Below are positions 1-15,169 of a DNA stretch of 64,000 nt, piece after piece. The DNA lies in contig ADNK01001475.1 of assembly GCA_000320545.1 (NCBI GenBank), positions 37,900-101,899 of the forward strand, written 5' to 3'. Numbering within the stretch: the first letter of the stretch is position 1; each line of letters starts with the position of its first letter. The notes below the pieces were generated by a model. The model did not search any database. It had not been told where the DNA came from and was given only the letters and a program-made list of their open reading frames with translations. The DNA comes from Bigelowiella natans CCMP2755. Taxonomy: Eukaryota; Protista; Cercozoa. Position numbers and translations under genes: made by a program.

Positions 1-264
1 CGTCGTAGTCTACCAGATAAAAATAGAAAATATTCTGATTATTATTTGTGCTTATTTTATTATTAGATCTATTTATCATCATCATCATTCTTCTCCTCTC
101 AGACTGATTCCGACGATGATGATGATCCTACAAGTAGTCTCTTATTAGTCTAGTCGTCGTACATACAGCTGCATGCACAACATGATCCATCGCCGACAGC
201 ATCAGACAGTCAAGTCACCCTCTCATCATTTCAATACTCTTCTAAATCGAATTAAGGATGGCAG

Positions 265-1267
265 ATGATGGTCATCATTCTCTGGCTGTTGTCATCAATT
301 TCGTGTAATGCCACTACTACCGTGCCTGGATACAGTGACAATTTCGCACTGGGTGGGGAACCAACAACACACCATGCCAGTATCACCAGTAGTCATATCG
401 AAGACAAAACAGATCGAAACCTTGCAACTCTAGTCTCTATGGGTTTTGAGGATACATCGAAGTGTATTAACGCTCTGGAAACATGTGAGAACAATTTACA
501 ACCAGCTATAAATCTGATGCTAGAGTGGTCTACAGACGAATTGAGAAGAAAGTACCATATCGGAGGAAGGTAGTAGTAGAATATTGGGACTCGTAGTCCA
601 AGTATACAATATCCTACTATACAACATATTCCTAGTTTTATCTTCGTGTGTTTTGGTTGAAAGGAGGAGAAAAAGTTCATCTGGAGATCGAGATAAAGAT
701 TTTAGGTTTGAACATCATCATCATCATCATCATTATTCGAATTTAGAATTGATGTAGCATAGCACAATGATGAGGATCCTTTGTTCTTGTTTTATGTGAC
801 TAATTACTAACGTATCTCAATAATAATTGTAGGACAAGATTTGGCTTTAGAAGCCCTGATGGCCACGAGCAGTTGCGAACACTTAGAGCAATGGGGTAAT
901 CACTACTAGTACTACTGCTGGTAGTAGTAATACTTACAAAATATTGAGTTCAGTACGTATATAAACTATTCTTCGTTCAGAGACGTGAGTGTGAGTACAC
1001 TACTACCCAATAAGATGAAAACTACTCACCTACTTGCCACTACTTCAGATTCCTCGACGTCAATGCGAACTTCGAAGCGTTAAAAACCGCGGAGGTGTTG
1101 TTCATCGTGTTCATCATTTAGTATTAGTATTAGTATTAGTAGTATTAGTATTAGTAGTAGTAGTAAATTTAGCTTCCTAACCTAATCCAACTCTAATAAC
1201 CCTGTACACCCTCCCCCCTCTCATCTATTAGGGAAATTTCGAGCTAGCTGTCAATAAACTCGTGTAA
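265..1267 (+). CDS. 3' exons of a protein ending in two UBA domains (ubiquilin/Dsk2-like C-terminus); gene begins upstream of the window or in the first 260 nt
   Basis: First exon encodes NLATLVSMGFEDTSKCINALETCENNLQPAINLMLEW (UBA MGF motif). In-phase spliced exons at ~834-895, ~1050-1095 and ~1232-1267 give RTRFGFRSPDGHEQLRTLRAMG|FLDVNANFEALKTAE|GNFELAVNKLV* (second UBA); stop TAA at 1265-1267. Confidence 0.8.
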
Positions 1268-1415
1268 GAATAATGAGTAAATGAATAACAAGCAACAAAT
1301 TGTCATGTGTGCAATGAAAAGTTCTGTAATATAATTGTGATCTTCGTGACCATGGTCATAATCATCATCATTATCGTTATGATTCGGTAGATCTGATAGA
1401 CGAAGAGAGGACGCT

Positions 1416-1592
1416 ATGCTTCATATGTCAAACCTTGGTACTTCTCTGCTGCTGCTGCTGCTGCTACTACTACTACTACTACTTCTACTACTTCTACTAC
1501 TACTTACATCAACACTTACTGCTACTTACTAAGCTTCCTTGCACTCCAGCTGCTGTTGCCCATGCGTTTGCATTAGCAGTAGCAATAGAAGG

Positions 1593-1623
<31 letters not shown>

Positions 1624-2262
1624 AGAGAAGTAGCAATATACGCCGAGAAGACGACACTATTATTCTTTTAGTAAATGCACACATCTTTTAACACAAGAAT
1701 AATATGCTATTTTGCTCACGGTAGTATGCATTGTTTTGTTGGTTCCGTAGTAGTAGTAAGATCATATGTTGTTGTTTTCATAAACATCATTTTAGAAATA
1801 GAAGGAATGAGGTATACACCTGAGAGGGAGAAACAGGTCCTGGTTATAGTAGCAGTGGTAGCAGTGGTAGTAGTGGTAGTAGTAGTAGTAGTAGTAGTAG
1901 TAGTTGTAGTAGTAGTAGTAGTAGAAGAAGAAGTAGTAGTAGTAGTAGTAGTAGAACAACATGTTGTAGTTGTAGTACTCAGTTGTCCCACGATGCTAAC
2001 CTCATAATAATGAAATTCTGCTGTATGAACGTAGTACACACACATATCATACTTTGTATTTTGCGTGCATACGATAAACAAATAATAGTGCCTTTGATAG
2101 TAGTTGTGTGTATTATTATAATAATATAACTCTTTCATATGTAAGATGAAGAAACTACTGGCTATACGTCGAGAAAGAGAAAGAGAAAGGTGTGGTTGAG
2201 CTGTTAGCTAGCTAGTAGTAAGAGAAGGGATGATGATGATGGTCATGATGATTATGATGATT

Positions 2263-2294
<32 letters not shown>

Positions 2295-2433
2295 AATAAA
2301 TACACTGTGTTAAATTAATTAAGAAAATTGTGATAGATGGTAGTAGTGAGTGGTTTGGGTGAGTGGATACCTCTTAATGTCATGATCATCAAATATGCAG
2401 TAGTAGTAGTAATGTCATGATCATCAAATATGC

Positions 2434-2468
<35 letters not shown>

Positions 2469-2540
2469 ATATTGAGAGATGATTATTTTATGTTTCACAA
2501 TACTGTATCATCATCATCATCATCATCATCATCGTCAAAT

Positions 2541-2578
<38 letters not shown>

Positions 2579-2953
2579 AGTAAGTAATAACAACAACAGG
2601 AGGAGTCAGTCGTCAATTTTGGCCTCCTCATCATCATTGTAATCATCATCATAATCATTATCACCATCATCATAGATTCAAGAGGCAAGAAGCAAGAGAA
2701 GCAAGATTGAAAAGGTACTACGAGTAGATAAGTAGCTAAAATGGATTGCACTATTACTGGGTGCTGCTAATATTTTTATTAAGGATGATGATGATGATGA
2801 TAATGATGCTATTATTTTCTCTCTCATCACTATTTTGGTGTTTAGTCGTCTATCAAGAGATAACAAGCATTAAGAATATATTATTTTATTGTTTTATTAT
2901 CGAGGGATAGCAGCTTCAACATGTCCTTTTTCTTCCTGAGCATCACCTACAAT

Positions 2954-2985
<32 letters not shown>

Positions 2986-3096
2986 ATTTGATTTATCATC
3001 TTTTCTTCCTCAACATCACCTACAATTACTACTACTACTACTACTACTACTACTAATTTGATTTATCATCTTTTCTTCCTCAACATCACCTACAAT

Positions 3097-3134
<38 letters not shown>

Positions 3135-3626
3135 ACTACTACTACTAATTTGATTTTTCATCAATACTAGAGGAAGAGAGGAAGTTAGACGTAACATGAC
3201 AAATCTGATATCTCAACTAGAAGAAGAAAAGGTAGTAGGGTTACTATTGTTAGCTACTACTGTGAGTTGTGGTTAAGAGGCTGACGACTACAATAATGCG
3301 GAGTAGTTTGAAGAGTTCATTCTTCCGATAAGATCTCTCTTCAATTCCTAACCTTTCTTTCCTTTACAAATATGATCAAATTGACCTCTCCTGTTTACAT
3401 TTGTTGGTGGTATTTCGCATTTGTCGTTTGTAGGACAGTCGACTCACCGCTCCTTTCCTCCTCATCCTCCTCTTCCTCCTCCTCCTCCTTCTTCTTCTTC
3501 TACTACTACTACTACAACTACAACCACTCGTTGTTCTTCTAAATACTACAGAAATTAGCAGTGTCTTGGGAGAATTTCACTTTGGCTGAAATGCTGCGGA
3601 GACGTATACACATCCTCAAGCATCGG

Positions 3627-3658
<32 letters not shown>

Positions 3659-3848
3659 CTCTAAGATGATGTTATGGTAGTGTGATTGTATGAAGAGAAA
3701 GAACAAGTTGTGGATGATAATAGCTAACAACGATGATGATTTTTATGGATCAAGTAGTATTGCTCTATCATAATGGAATCACCGAAGACAGAAGATATTC
3801 ATTTACTATACATACGATATATATTGGGATTCATAAACCTACGCACAC

Positions 3849-3885
<37 letters not shown>

Positions 3886-4464
3886 TACTTGGGACGGTAA
3901 GATGCCTTTGTTGTTTCATAAAATATCATTATTCTCTTGTCCTCCATTTATTTATGCCTTTGTTGTTTCATAAAATATCATTATATTCTCTTGTCCTCCA
4001 TTTATTCGTTTTTTAGCTTTTCATAACCCTAACCCTAAACCCCCCCCCCCCCTCTCTTTCTCTTTCCTTACCTTACCTCAGGTTAGATCCGAAAAACTTC
4101 GATGCTAATGTAGATGCCGTTGTAATGAGGAAGGAGGTTGGATACCATAGAGGAAGAAGAAGAAGAAGAAGAAGAAGAAGAAGAAGAAGAAAACAACCAC
4201 CAACAAGGAGAATAGAAGATTGAGATAGCTTGATACTGATAATTAATTAAGTAGTAATAATCTATTGAATTTGATGTTGTTGCCCATTAGATAGATATGC
4301 TAGCAAGGGACGAAGTTGCTTTAAGATTTTTCCAAACACTAATGGTAACAACGGCAGCAGATATCATGAGAAATCTATTTATTTATTACTTTCTCATGGG
4401 TCAATATGCCATTTATTGCCAATAAGGATTGATATGATTTCTCTGTGATGAAATGCGCAGCAGC

Positions 4465-4495
<31 letters not shown>

Positions 4496-4637
4496 CTAAT
4501 AATAATAGAAGTAAATTACATTTACAATCTCTTCCCGCCTGATATATAATTCGTGTAGCGTAAAGTGCCTTCACTTTAGACGAAGATACTAGTAATCATG
4601 ATTATTACTGGATAAGTAACGACATCAAAGTATCATC

Positions 4638-4670
<33 letters not shown>

Positions 4671-4833
4671 TACATGAGAATACTCATCATTGATACTACA
4701 ACTACTACTACTACTACTACTACTTCTTCTACTACCTTCATTTTAGGCATCGTTTGGAAAACATCTTTTAATACACGACTCCTCATTGATAATACCTCTA
4801 TACACGTTACCATTATGCCTTAAGCCTATCTCA

Positions 4834-4866
<33 letters not shown>

Positions 4867-5149
4867 AAGAAGAAGTGGTAGTAAACGTAATAATAGTAGT
4901 AAGAAGAGTAATAATAATAAGCAGGTTGAGACTATGATGAAGAAATAACATCATTTAAATAAGTAGTAGTAGTACCTCCTTGCATTTATTAGTCAATTTT
5001 CAGTATGATCATGATAATTCATTCCTCCTTGCAGCTCACATAATATCATCTCACATAGTAGTAGTGTGCTTCCTATTATATGTTGTTCTGAAATGTATGT
5101 ATGTATGTATGTACGTAGTACTGCTGAATAGACATTGAGAACTATAACT

Positions 5150-5196
<47 letters not shown>

Positions 5197-6840
5197 ATAA
5201 GCACATCTATTAGTGTATATTTATGCACAACAGCTAGGGAGAGATATCGTATTAGTTGTTGTTATTGTTGGATATGATAGTAATAATGATGATAATAATG
5301 ATAATAATAATATAAGGCTGCTGGCGGACAATCCCGGTATTTTGGCAAACGAAGAAAAGTTTTATAGCACTATTCGTGAAGCATTAAAAGCTGCAACAAT
5401 AGTACCACAGCATAGAGGCAGCATACAAAAAACCACAGCAAAGGAAGAAATTGATGAGGCGGACCAATATGAAGAAAATAAAGGAAAATCTAATGAATCG
5501 TCGTCATCGCCGTCGTTAAGGGGGAGGGGAAAGAGTGATGAGGTTATTGAAAATACACTACCACTCATTCATTATCGATATATTTATTGTTTTCCCTACA
5601 ATTGTTGTTGGGATCATTGGCTATGAGGGCTATTCCTGATAACTGCTACTCTACCTACCACACTATCCATGCTCATGATTGATAATACTGGGAGGAGAGG
5701 GGGGGGGGGAGTTCCTTCATTCTTATTGTGATGTCCTTGCTATCACCCATACTAACATTTTAATATTCTTAAAACATCTAGTAATATACCTCTTGTTTTC
5801 ATCATCTTTCCTATTGACGACTACCTGTGACAATTGTATTTATTAATTGTCATCATCATCATCATCGGTTGTGTGTATGATTAACATATTGTATTATACA
5901 ACAAATATCACAACAGGAAGTAGTTTTTGATGCTGTAGAGGCCTCTCGTTTGGCGCTTCTAGAAAACTATGCGTACATTCGTGGTAATAAGTAGGAAGTA
6001 ACAAATATAGTCGGTAGTTCTTTCTTTATCTGGGTTTCTTCTGTTTGATTGATTGTGTTATAATATCATATATTTCTATGTGAATAATAATCATAGTAGT
6101 CACTATGGCTGTTTATATGATATACAATATGACTTTTACAACGGTGATTAATATGAAAAAAGAAAAGGGGAGGGGATTACTCATAGAGACTACTTTCTTG
6201 AAAAACAGTAGTAGGAAAACGAAGAAAAGTAGAGATTAGCTTGATTAGTCTCATCTTGTTGTAAAATATTGCTACTACTTCTTCTTATATATGTCCTATG
6301 AACTCTGTCTTTTCTGTGGTGTATTTATCTATCACTATCACTTCTGACAATATAAAAGTACAATAGGCAGTAGCTGCAACAACACAGTTGGAACATAACT
6401 ATCTACAAGTTGTCATTCTCATCATCATCATCATCATCATCATTCTTATCAGGCAATGCTTTAGCTTTCGCTAGGAAGGAGATTGAAGAAGACCTTCACG
6501 TACGGAGAAGAAGAACAAGAAGACAAATGGTGTGATGTTCCTGCACCAGCATCAGCACCAGAAGATATAAGAGAATAATACTATGAGCGTTGCATTGTTT
6601 GCTACTACCATTATCTTCCATTTATTACTACTTCTTAATTTACACCACCACCACCAGACCCCTTTTGTCATCATCGATGGACTCTTACGATTCTATTCTA
6701 CACGAACGTTATTAGCACATGTCGTCGTGATACTTCTTCTTCTTCTTCCTTTTCTATGTTATTGGTGATGTAAGAGTGGGGAGCATTATGATCCAACAAC
6801 AGCATCTGAGAGAGAGCTGGTAGCATTGGTACTACACTAA

Positions 6841-6878
<38 letters not shown>

Positions 6879-8000
6879 TAGTCAGTACTCCTTGATGATT
6901 CTCGCTATTACTCCTTCCAATATAATTCTATACAACTATCTACAGCTTTGTACTTTCTTTGACCTCCTTTAACCCTCCAAGTACCTTCTAATTATATATT
7001 CTTTGATATGCTCCAATCATATGCCACAGTGATCAATTCATCGTAATCGATCGATCAGCAGATATATCATCATATAACTGAATAATTGATCATTATGGAT
7101 GTCAAGGTAAAATGTGAAGCTAACCGTGTTATGTCACTCTCGGGTAACGAAAAAGACAATCCGAATAGGATGAAGAAGGTATACACACGCATAAGAACAA
7201 CGACAACAACAACAATACATATATCGTTGGGAAGAAAAATAATGAAATGGAAGAGGAGGAGGAGGACGAGAAAAGTGTTGATGCTCTTTGAGTAGTAGAA
7301 GGAAGGGGGGGAAAGGAGAAGAGAGATTATATGTTTATCATCATCTTCTTCTTCTTATATACTTGACCCTTCCTTCGATTCCACCACTACTACTACTGAT
7401 ACTACTGCTACTACTACTGCTACTAATATCCATGTACAACAGCAATCCCAGTAGCTAGTGATATAATCTCATGCTCATCAAGGATGATGATGATAATAAT
7501 AATAATAATAGTAAATTGAATATCAAGTACTGTGACAACTATCCATCCATTTCTCCTCATCATCACCATCTCTTCAATTAACCCTGATGTTCTTCTTCCT
7601 TCTTCGTTCTGTACTGCTCACAAACATACATACATACCTCTTGTTAGGATGGAGAAGGATTGAGTAGTAGCAGCAGCAGCACTCATCGTCGTATAGAGGC
7701 TGTTCGTCAAAAAGTCATCGCTGAAATGGGGGGGGGATTGGCAAAGAAGGCATCATCATCATCATCATCATCATCATTATTTCCTTCTTATTCTTCTTCA
7801 TCCTCTATAAACTCTCAACCATCATCATCATCATCATCTACATGGCGGCAAGAAATCAACAAGTGACAACAACAACAACTACCATATACAATATACATAC
7901 ATACATACACACATACATACTTACATAAAAAAGAGTTGGCTTTATTGTCCTCTCAAGGGTCATGATCATGATTATTATTATTAGTATTAGTATTAGAATT
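1416..8000 (+). CDS. Multi-exon protein of unknown function (charged, helical); may be the N-terminal extension of the downstream ABC-F gene
   Basis: Chain of short GT-AG bounded non-repetitive exons: MKKLLAIRRERE, KLAVSWENFTLAEMLRRRIHILKHR, LDPKNFDANVDAVVMRKE, IDMLARDEVALRFFQTLM, LLADNPGILANEEKFYSTIREALK, EVVFDAVEASRLALLENYAYIR, VKCEANRVMSLSGNEKDNPNRMKK. No family motif recognised; start and end uncertain. Confidence 0.45.
2941..3160. repeat. Intronic ~70-bp tandem repeat x3 with a variable (ACT)n core
   Basis: catcacctacaatt(act)n aatttgattt... occurs three times. Confidence 0.9.
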
Positions 8001-8304
8001 AGTAGTAGTAGTTGTAGTAGTTGTAGTTGTAGTAGTAGTAGTAGTAGTAGTAGTTTGAGAAAATGTAAAGAAAAATAGAAAGGTACATTATTAATAGAGT
8101 TTGATGATGAGTAGTACCTTTGTTTCCTTCTTTAGCCGATGAAATGAACAAAACTATTGTTGTTTGGCAGGTTACTACTACATGTTTCTAGTACTGCTCC
8201 ATTGCTACTATTAAGTGCTACTTAATACTGCTACTACCATTGTTGTTATTATTGTTGTTCTTCTTTTTTCTAACAAACTATGATATACCTTTCTCTAACG
8301 ACAG

Positions 8305-11300
8305 GATGAAAGAAGCTGAGTCAAAAGGCAAACTTGATGCAAGAATAAGACAAAGAAGATATCAATCACAAAATCGAAGGTAGGTGCTGCTAAACGGTAG
8401 ATTTTATAGTACAACTTGTCATCATCATTTGTCCTCAGATAATATTTATAGTACAACTTGTCGTCATCATTTGTCCTCAGATAATATTTATAGTACAACT
8501 TGTCGTCATCATTTGTCCTCAGATAATATATTTCTCCCTCTCTCTCTCTCTCTCTCTCCCCCCTTCTCTCTTTATCAACCACTTCCTCCTTGTCTCGTGA
8601 AAAGAAAGATGCGGACTGAATGATATCCATTGAACGTGTTGTACTGTTCTCAAGCTGTGATGATTTTGATGATAATGATGATGATGATGATGTTTTATGC
8701 AATTATATAAGGTTGTTGAGAGAGAGGCAAGCTATAGCCTTGAAAGGATATCTTAATGCTGCTGCTTCTTCTTCTTCTACTACAAACGCCTTCTATTCTT
8801 CTTCAAACATGGGAGGAGGGATGAGCAAGAATGTAGTAGCTACGATAAGGATGATGATGATGATAATGATGATGATCATGATCATGATCATGATGGTGAT
8901 GGTGGTGGTGGTGGTGGATTTCTAGATTTTTAAAGGACGTTATTTGTATTTTGAGTTGCTATTCTCTTTCTTCCTAGTTGCAGCAGCAGCAGCAGCATAT
9001 AGATGTGCTCTCTCCTCCTTTTGATGTAAAGAGTATGGATGGATCGCAGACACTGGTGGATGTTGTGTTTACTTATAACAGAAGAATCTAGATAAACCTG
9101 TCGTATGATGAGTAGTCGGTCGTATAAGATAATGTCATCGATGATGATACTGCTGATTGATTCTGTAAATGTGATTGAGAATGATTAAAAGTAGATAGAT
9201 ACTTGCACACCGCCACCGTATTGATAGAAAAGAATTTGTACAAATCCTATAAATATATACCACACTATTTCTGTTACCAGATCAAAGAAGTAGAGCTTAA
9301 ACTATCGTTTGGAAGAAGGTGGGGAGAGAGGAATTATCATACCCGCAATCATGATGGCATGTAGTACCAGTAATTCGTAATTTCTTGATATTCTTCCTCC
9401 TCTATCTTCTTGGTTTTGACTAGTTCTCCATAGCCACTCACTAACTTACTACTTCTTCTTCTAAAAAGGTATGGTTTGGTTGCTCGCAATGGGATGGGTA
9501 AGACAACGCTAATGAGGATGATAGCTGATTATCAGGTCACGCAGTAGAATTAGTAGTAGTGGTAGTAGTAGTAGTAGTAGTAGTAGTAGTAAAGTAAATG
9601 ATGATTTTAGCAAGTTAGCAAGCAGCACACGCTACAAATATTACTTCTATTTACTATAACTACTAATATCTAGAGCTTTAACCATCCTTATTATTATGTG
9701 TTACAACATTTATTCATAGATAAATTAAATTTCCATATTATTATTCAGATCAAAGGGATTCCAAAGCAAATGAGGATATTGCTAATTGAGCAGGTATAAT
9801 GTAATAGCATATTACTGATTCAACAGGTTAAAATTGTAATAGAGGAGGGAAATTAGTACTCTTGTAAATATCTCTCCACGCCCCTTATCCATTGTGTGTG
9901 CGTGGGTAGAGTATTGCTATTGATGATAATGGTGCAAAAAATGTCAAGAGTATGTGTGCTCGTGATAGAACAGAAGATGATGATAAATTTCCTCATGATA
10001 TATTCTTTTGTGTATATCAATCTTCAAATCGATTGCTTCATCATGGTCGTTCGGTACGTAGGAATTGGAGGAGGCAGTGTCTATTCCTTCTTCTTCTTCT
10101 ACTACTTCTTCTGCTAGTAATGCGGAAGGGAGATGTCGCAAAACAGTATTGCAAAGAGTCTTAGAGGCAGACTATGAGCGGTAGTGTTAAGTAGCTACTA
10201 CCAAGCTAACGTAACATATTGTACTACCAACCGCTACTAGTTAGTAGTAGTTGTCATCATCAGTGTATGTGTACTACTACTACTACTACTACAACTACTA
10301 CTACTACTACTACTAGTAGTAGTATAAGCAATCTGACAATGATGATAATTATAAATAGAGTAATGATAAATGAAATAATAATAATAATAGTAACGATAGC
10401 ATTTATTCGCGATATAACTTCGTTTCACCATACAACAGGGAACTGCTTCTGAAGGAGGAAAAGCGACTATTACTATCTTCATCATCCAAACCTGCTACTA
10501 TCCTATCATCATCAGAAAATGATAATGATCACAATAAGAGGGATGATGATGATGATGATGATGATGGTGAATACCAAGGTTGCTTGTTCTTTTCATGCGC
10601 TGCTGCCGCTGCTATATATCCGGCAACAACTACTTACTACTACTTTAAACAGCAACAAGCAAACATATAAGTTTCTTTAATAATGTGTGCTGTGTATTAT
10701 TGTATGAGTTTTCGACGATTTTCTTGTTGTTGATGTTTTTTGTATGTCACTACAAAAATGTAGTCATCCTTATATTTAGTCTCCTTTTGCTGCTGCTGTT
10801 CTACGATCACTACATCCTCATTGATTTACTGATTTGCTGATGTAGGATTGCTGTTGTTCCCTTATCATTATTATTACTACTTTTTCAAAAGATCAAGAAG
10901 AAACACTAATTGATTTGTGGGGGGAGGGAGAAAATGGTTATAACAGCAAACTTTCGGTCAGCGTGCCATCAACAAATAATTTATTACAGCATATTATATT
11001 TATCACTAATATTCATCATTCGTTGTCGATATATGATGCTGCATACATGCAATGCTGCTCATACTAAAACATACTGTCGTAACAACACGATTTTATATAT
11101 TTCCTGGTACTATTTGGTTTATATTGTTGAATGATGAATAAAGAACGACGAAAAGTTATCGGTGATATACGAGCGTATGGCAGAAATCAACGTAGATGAT
11201 GCAGAACATAGAGCATCCAAAATACTTTGTGGCCTTGGATTTACTGTAAGCTATTTTTCGAGAGAGAGTAGTAGTAGTAGTAGTAGTAGTAGTAGGGAAG

Positions 11301-13452
11301 AGGAGGAGAAGGAGGAGGAGGACCAACAGCAATTGATAACAAGATAAAATTAAATTTTAATTCATTAAGTGGTAGTTGTCAACCTCTTAGATGATAATCT
11401 CCTTTTCACGTTATCTCACCTAGTAATAAGAATGGTTGGCATAAATAGGCAAAGATGCAAAGATTACCGATGAGCACTCTATCAGGGGGATGGCTAATGC
11501 GGGTTTCATTGGCAAGAGGGTAAATAATGTAGGAAGAAGAGGAAGAGGAAGAGGAGAAGGAGAAGGAGGAGAAGGAGAAGGAGGAGAAGGAGAAGGAGGA
11601 GGAGGGAGAGAAAATAGCCCATAATATAGTATAATTTCAATTTGTCATACATAAGTTTGACAGTTTCGAAATTGATTTATAGCATCATCATTATCGTCAT
11701 TTAACATCATTATTATCTTTATTTTCATCTTATATTTACCATCATCATCATCATCATCATTATGATCATGAATATGACTAGGTTATTTGTCCAACCAGAG
11801 TTGTTGTTGCTTGATGAACCCACAAATCATTTGGATATGCCCAGCATAATGTGGCTACAAGAATATCTCAATAATTATCCTTCCACTGTGGTGCTTGTGA
11901 GTCATGATAAAGATTTTTTGAATAAGGTGCTTGTAGTCGATTATTATGTAGAGCATTCAGCTATTAAGTATCACTTAATTTACAGATCACTACAGATATT
12001 CTTCACATCGATTCCAACCAAAAACTCACTTCTTATCGAGGTACAATTATGTCTGCGTCTATAATTTAGATGTAATGGGTGTACTACTCGATATTATTTG
12101 ATTTGTAATTGTACGAGTTTCTTTGTTCTATGTTTTCTAGTTCGTGAAGATACATTAGATATTATTGAAGTTATGTATCCTGTACCTACCTTCATTGTTC
12201 TGGCAACAAAATCTTAGGAAATTACGAAACTTTTTTGAGGACAAGATCCAGCACGCATGCACAACAGGCGAAATTGTATATGAATCAGGTGTGTGTGTCT
12301 ATTGTGTGAAAATAATACATAGATGTTGTTCTTGTACGCCTGTTGGCCATTGGGGTCTCATGATGGGGTCTAATACTCCTCACACAGTCATTATCATCAT
12401 CATCATCATCATCATCATCTTCATGTAAGTAATAAATATATCATTCACCGCTAGTATGTGAACATCATTTGTACTATCTACTCGCTAAGTAGCAAGAGGT
12501 ATAACAGTTAGGTATTTATCCTCTCCTTACTACATCATGACACCTACTATTCTCTCCATCAGAAACATAAACGAGAGAAGCTTCTAGAGTATATCTCAAA
12601 AAACAGTGCTAAATCACATACCGCAAAGATGGCAAATAGGTTCCCTCTTGTTATCATGTGCATAGAATGCTAACTGAGATAAGGGATTGGTTTAAACAAA
12701 TACTACAGAAAAATGGCAGTTAAATAGAAAGCATGATAAATTTATACAGTGATGAGAATTGTATCCGTAGGAAAATCTGAATTAAAATGGATTTCACATC
12801 ATCAATACAAAGAAATAATATACACACTCAAGACGTTTTCTCCTTTCGATATAAGCGTTTTGTTAATCTCATTTGAATAGTCGGAAAAAGATGCTTCACA
12901 AAATGGAAGAAGTTGACGAAATACAAAAAGAGAAAAGGGTAGCTATTCGTGTATTTAACTATTGTAACAATTCTATTACTTATGTATAAAATAAACACAA
13001 TTATGCCTGTTGCACTTAGATTCTAATACAGCTTCCTCCTGCATCATCACTATCAACAAAGGTACTATGTTTATTGATTGCCAAAGAATGAGGTATACCC
13101 TAGTCTCTTTCATTTGTAATCATGCAGAATTCGATCTCAGTTCTTGATTTATTATCTTTGCATACTATTTATAACTATCACAGGAAAAGGAAGTTGAGTA
13201 TTTGTTAATGAAGCGCGTATCTTTTCGCTATTCTCCAGAGTCTCCATTGCTTATATCAGAATTAGAACTCAAGATTAGGCCTACAACGCGACTTGCTATT
13301 TTAGGAGCAAACGGTCGGTTAATCATTGATGAGCATCAACTTGCTACAGTTTTATACATATCTTCTATTTTATTTATCCTGTATCTTCCTTGTATCATTC
13401 ATCATTTCTTGAGTAGCAGTAGTACATACATCGGCATTATCATCACCGTCTT

Positions 13453-13500
<48 letters not shown>

Positions 13501-14464
13501 TTCCATATGTATATAGGGGTCGGAAAAACCACTATACTACGACTATTGATTGGAACCCTCTCTCCTATTTCTGGATCAATAACAAGAAAGTATTTTATTT
13601 ATTCTCTATCGTATGTAGCAGTATGGTAATGGTATTAGAAGTGTGGTAGCAGTGTGGTGCCTTTATATCGTACAATAAAAGGGAAACAAATATATGAAAG
13701 ATGATGGTAGTAGTAGCAGTAGCAGTAAAGGTAATGGTAATGATAGAATTTTCTTTTGCAAGTTAATTTTTGGTTTGTTGTTTATGTGATAAGTGAAAGA
13801 GTGAAACTAGCTTACTTCGCGCAACACCATAGTGGTAGTAGTAGTAATAACAGATTATTATATAAAAATCGTCACAACATAGAGTAGTTATATACGATTC
13901 CTAACATATTTTTACACTTCTACCTGATAAATCAAGGAGAGTAAATTCAAAATTTATATATTACAATGATGATAATGATGACCATGCTGACTCTTATTAT
14001 TTCTTATTTCTTCTTCTTCAAAATTCTTCATCTTTTTTTTCTTCTTTTCTTCTTTCTTTTACTTTTTTTCCTTCATATATATCTTCTTATTCGTTTATTT
14101 CAAATGTTTCTACGCTCATTCATTCATAAGAATTTAATTTAATCACTATTATTTTGGCTTTGCATAAAATTGGTTGAATCTATGAATACAGAAATTCTCA
14201 ATATGAGCAGCACACCTATCGAGTATTTGTTTCAACAAGAAACTAAACGAAGAATTCGGGTAAAAAGATGAAATAGATTATTTGTTGATTTAGTACTTGC
14301 ACTCGCAGAATAATAACAAAAGAGATTGGAGAAAATAAAGAAGGATGAAGAAGAATTAAAAGAAAGAGAAGAGGAGGATAGAATAAACTACGTGAATTTA
14401 AAAGCTAAAAATATAAATTGTTGAACGCATAAAAATGTATATATTTATAATCTTGGCTGCAGCT

Positions 14465-14507
<43 letters not shown>

Positions 14508-14567
14508 AATCTATCCATCTCTTCCACTGATTTTTTATTTGGTTCAGGATCGACCATGTGTGTATAC

Positions 14568-14609
<42 letters not shown>

Positions 14610-15126
14610 TGCAAGTGCAAAAAGTTGATGCTTGGCTTAAATTCTGTCTTTTGTTTAATTCATTTTATCTCATCGTCATGCAGGAAGAGGAATATAATAT
14701 AGTCAAAGGGAAAAAATCTACGTCACGGAGTCCCTCACGTACAAATTCACTCCCTCTGCAATGCCCATCTTTAATACTCCAAGGAGGATACAAAGGTAGA
14801 GAAGATAAAAGAATCAATGAAGAATTCGATGATGAGAAGCAATTAAAGGTAGAAATAAATTAGTAGAGAGCACTAAAATGTGACTAAATCGTAAAACGAT
14901 GACTGTTAGCCAGCATGATCAAGTCAGTGTAGTTAGTAGTAGAAATAATTGAAAGTTTCTGGTAAAGCTGTGCACATAGTACAAAACACGCATACTCACA
15001 CAAAATATATAAACGCACAAACACAAATCGTTCCATAGTTTTGTCGCATACTTAAAAATAAACCAATTTATATCATTAATAAATAAATATTTTTCAATGA
15101 AGCATTCTTATGTCTGTCTAAGTGCT

Positions 15127-15169
<43 letters not shown>

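Noticed and set aside
1435-2866. Long ORFs made of poly-V/T/Y/M/H (and many similar ones across the window)
   Set aside because: They are translations of intronic trinucleotide microsatellites; the real exons are the short non-repetitive GT-AG bounded segments.
4021-4045. aaccctaaccctaaaccc, resembling telomeric repeats
   Set aside because: Only about 3 imperfect units inside an intron; too short to call an interstitial telomere.
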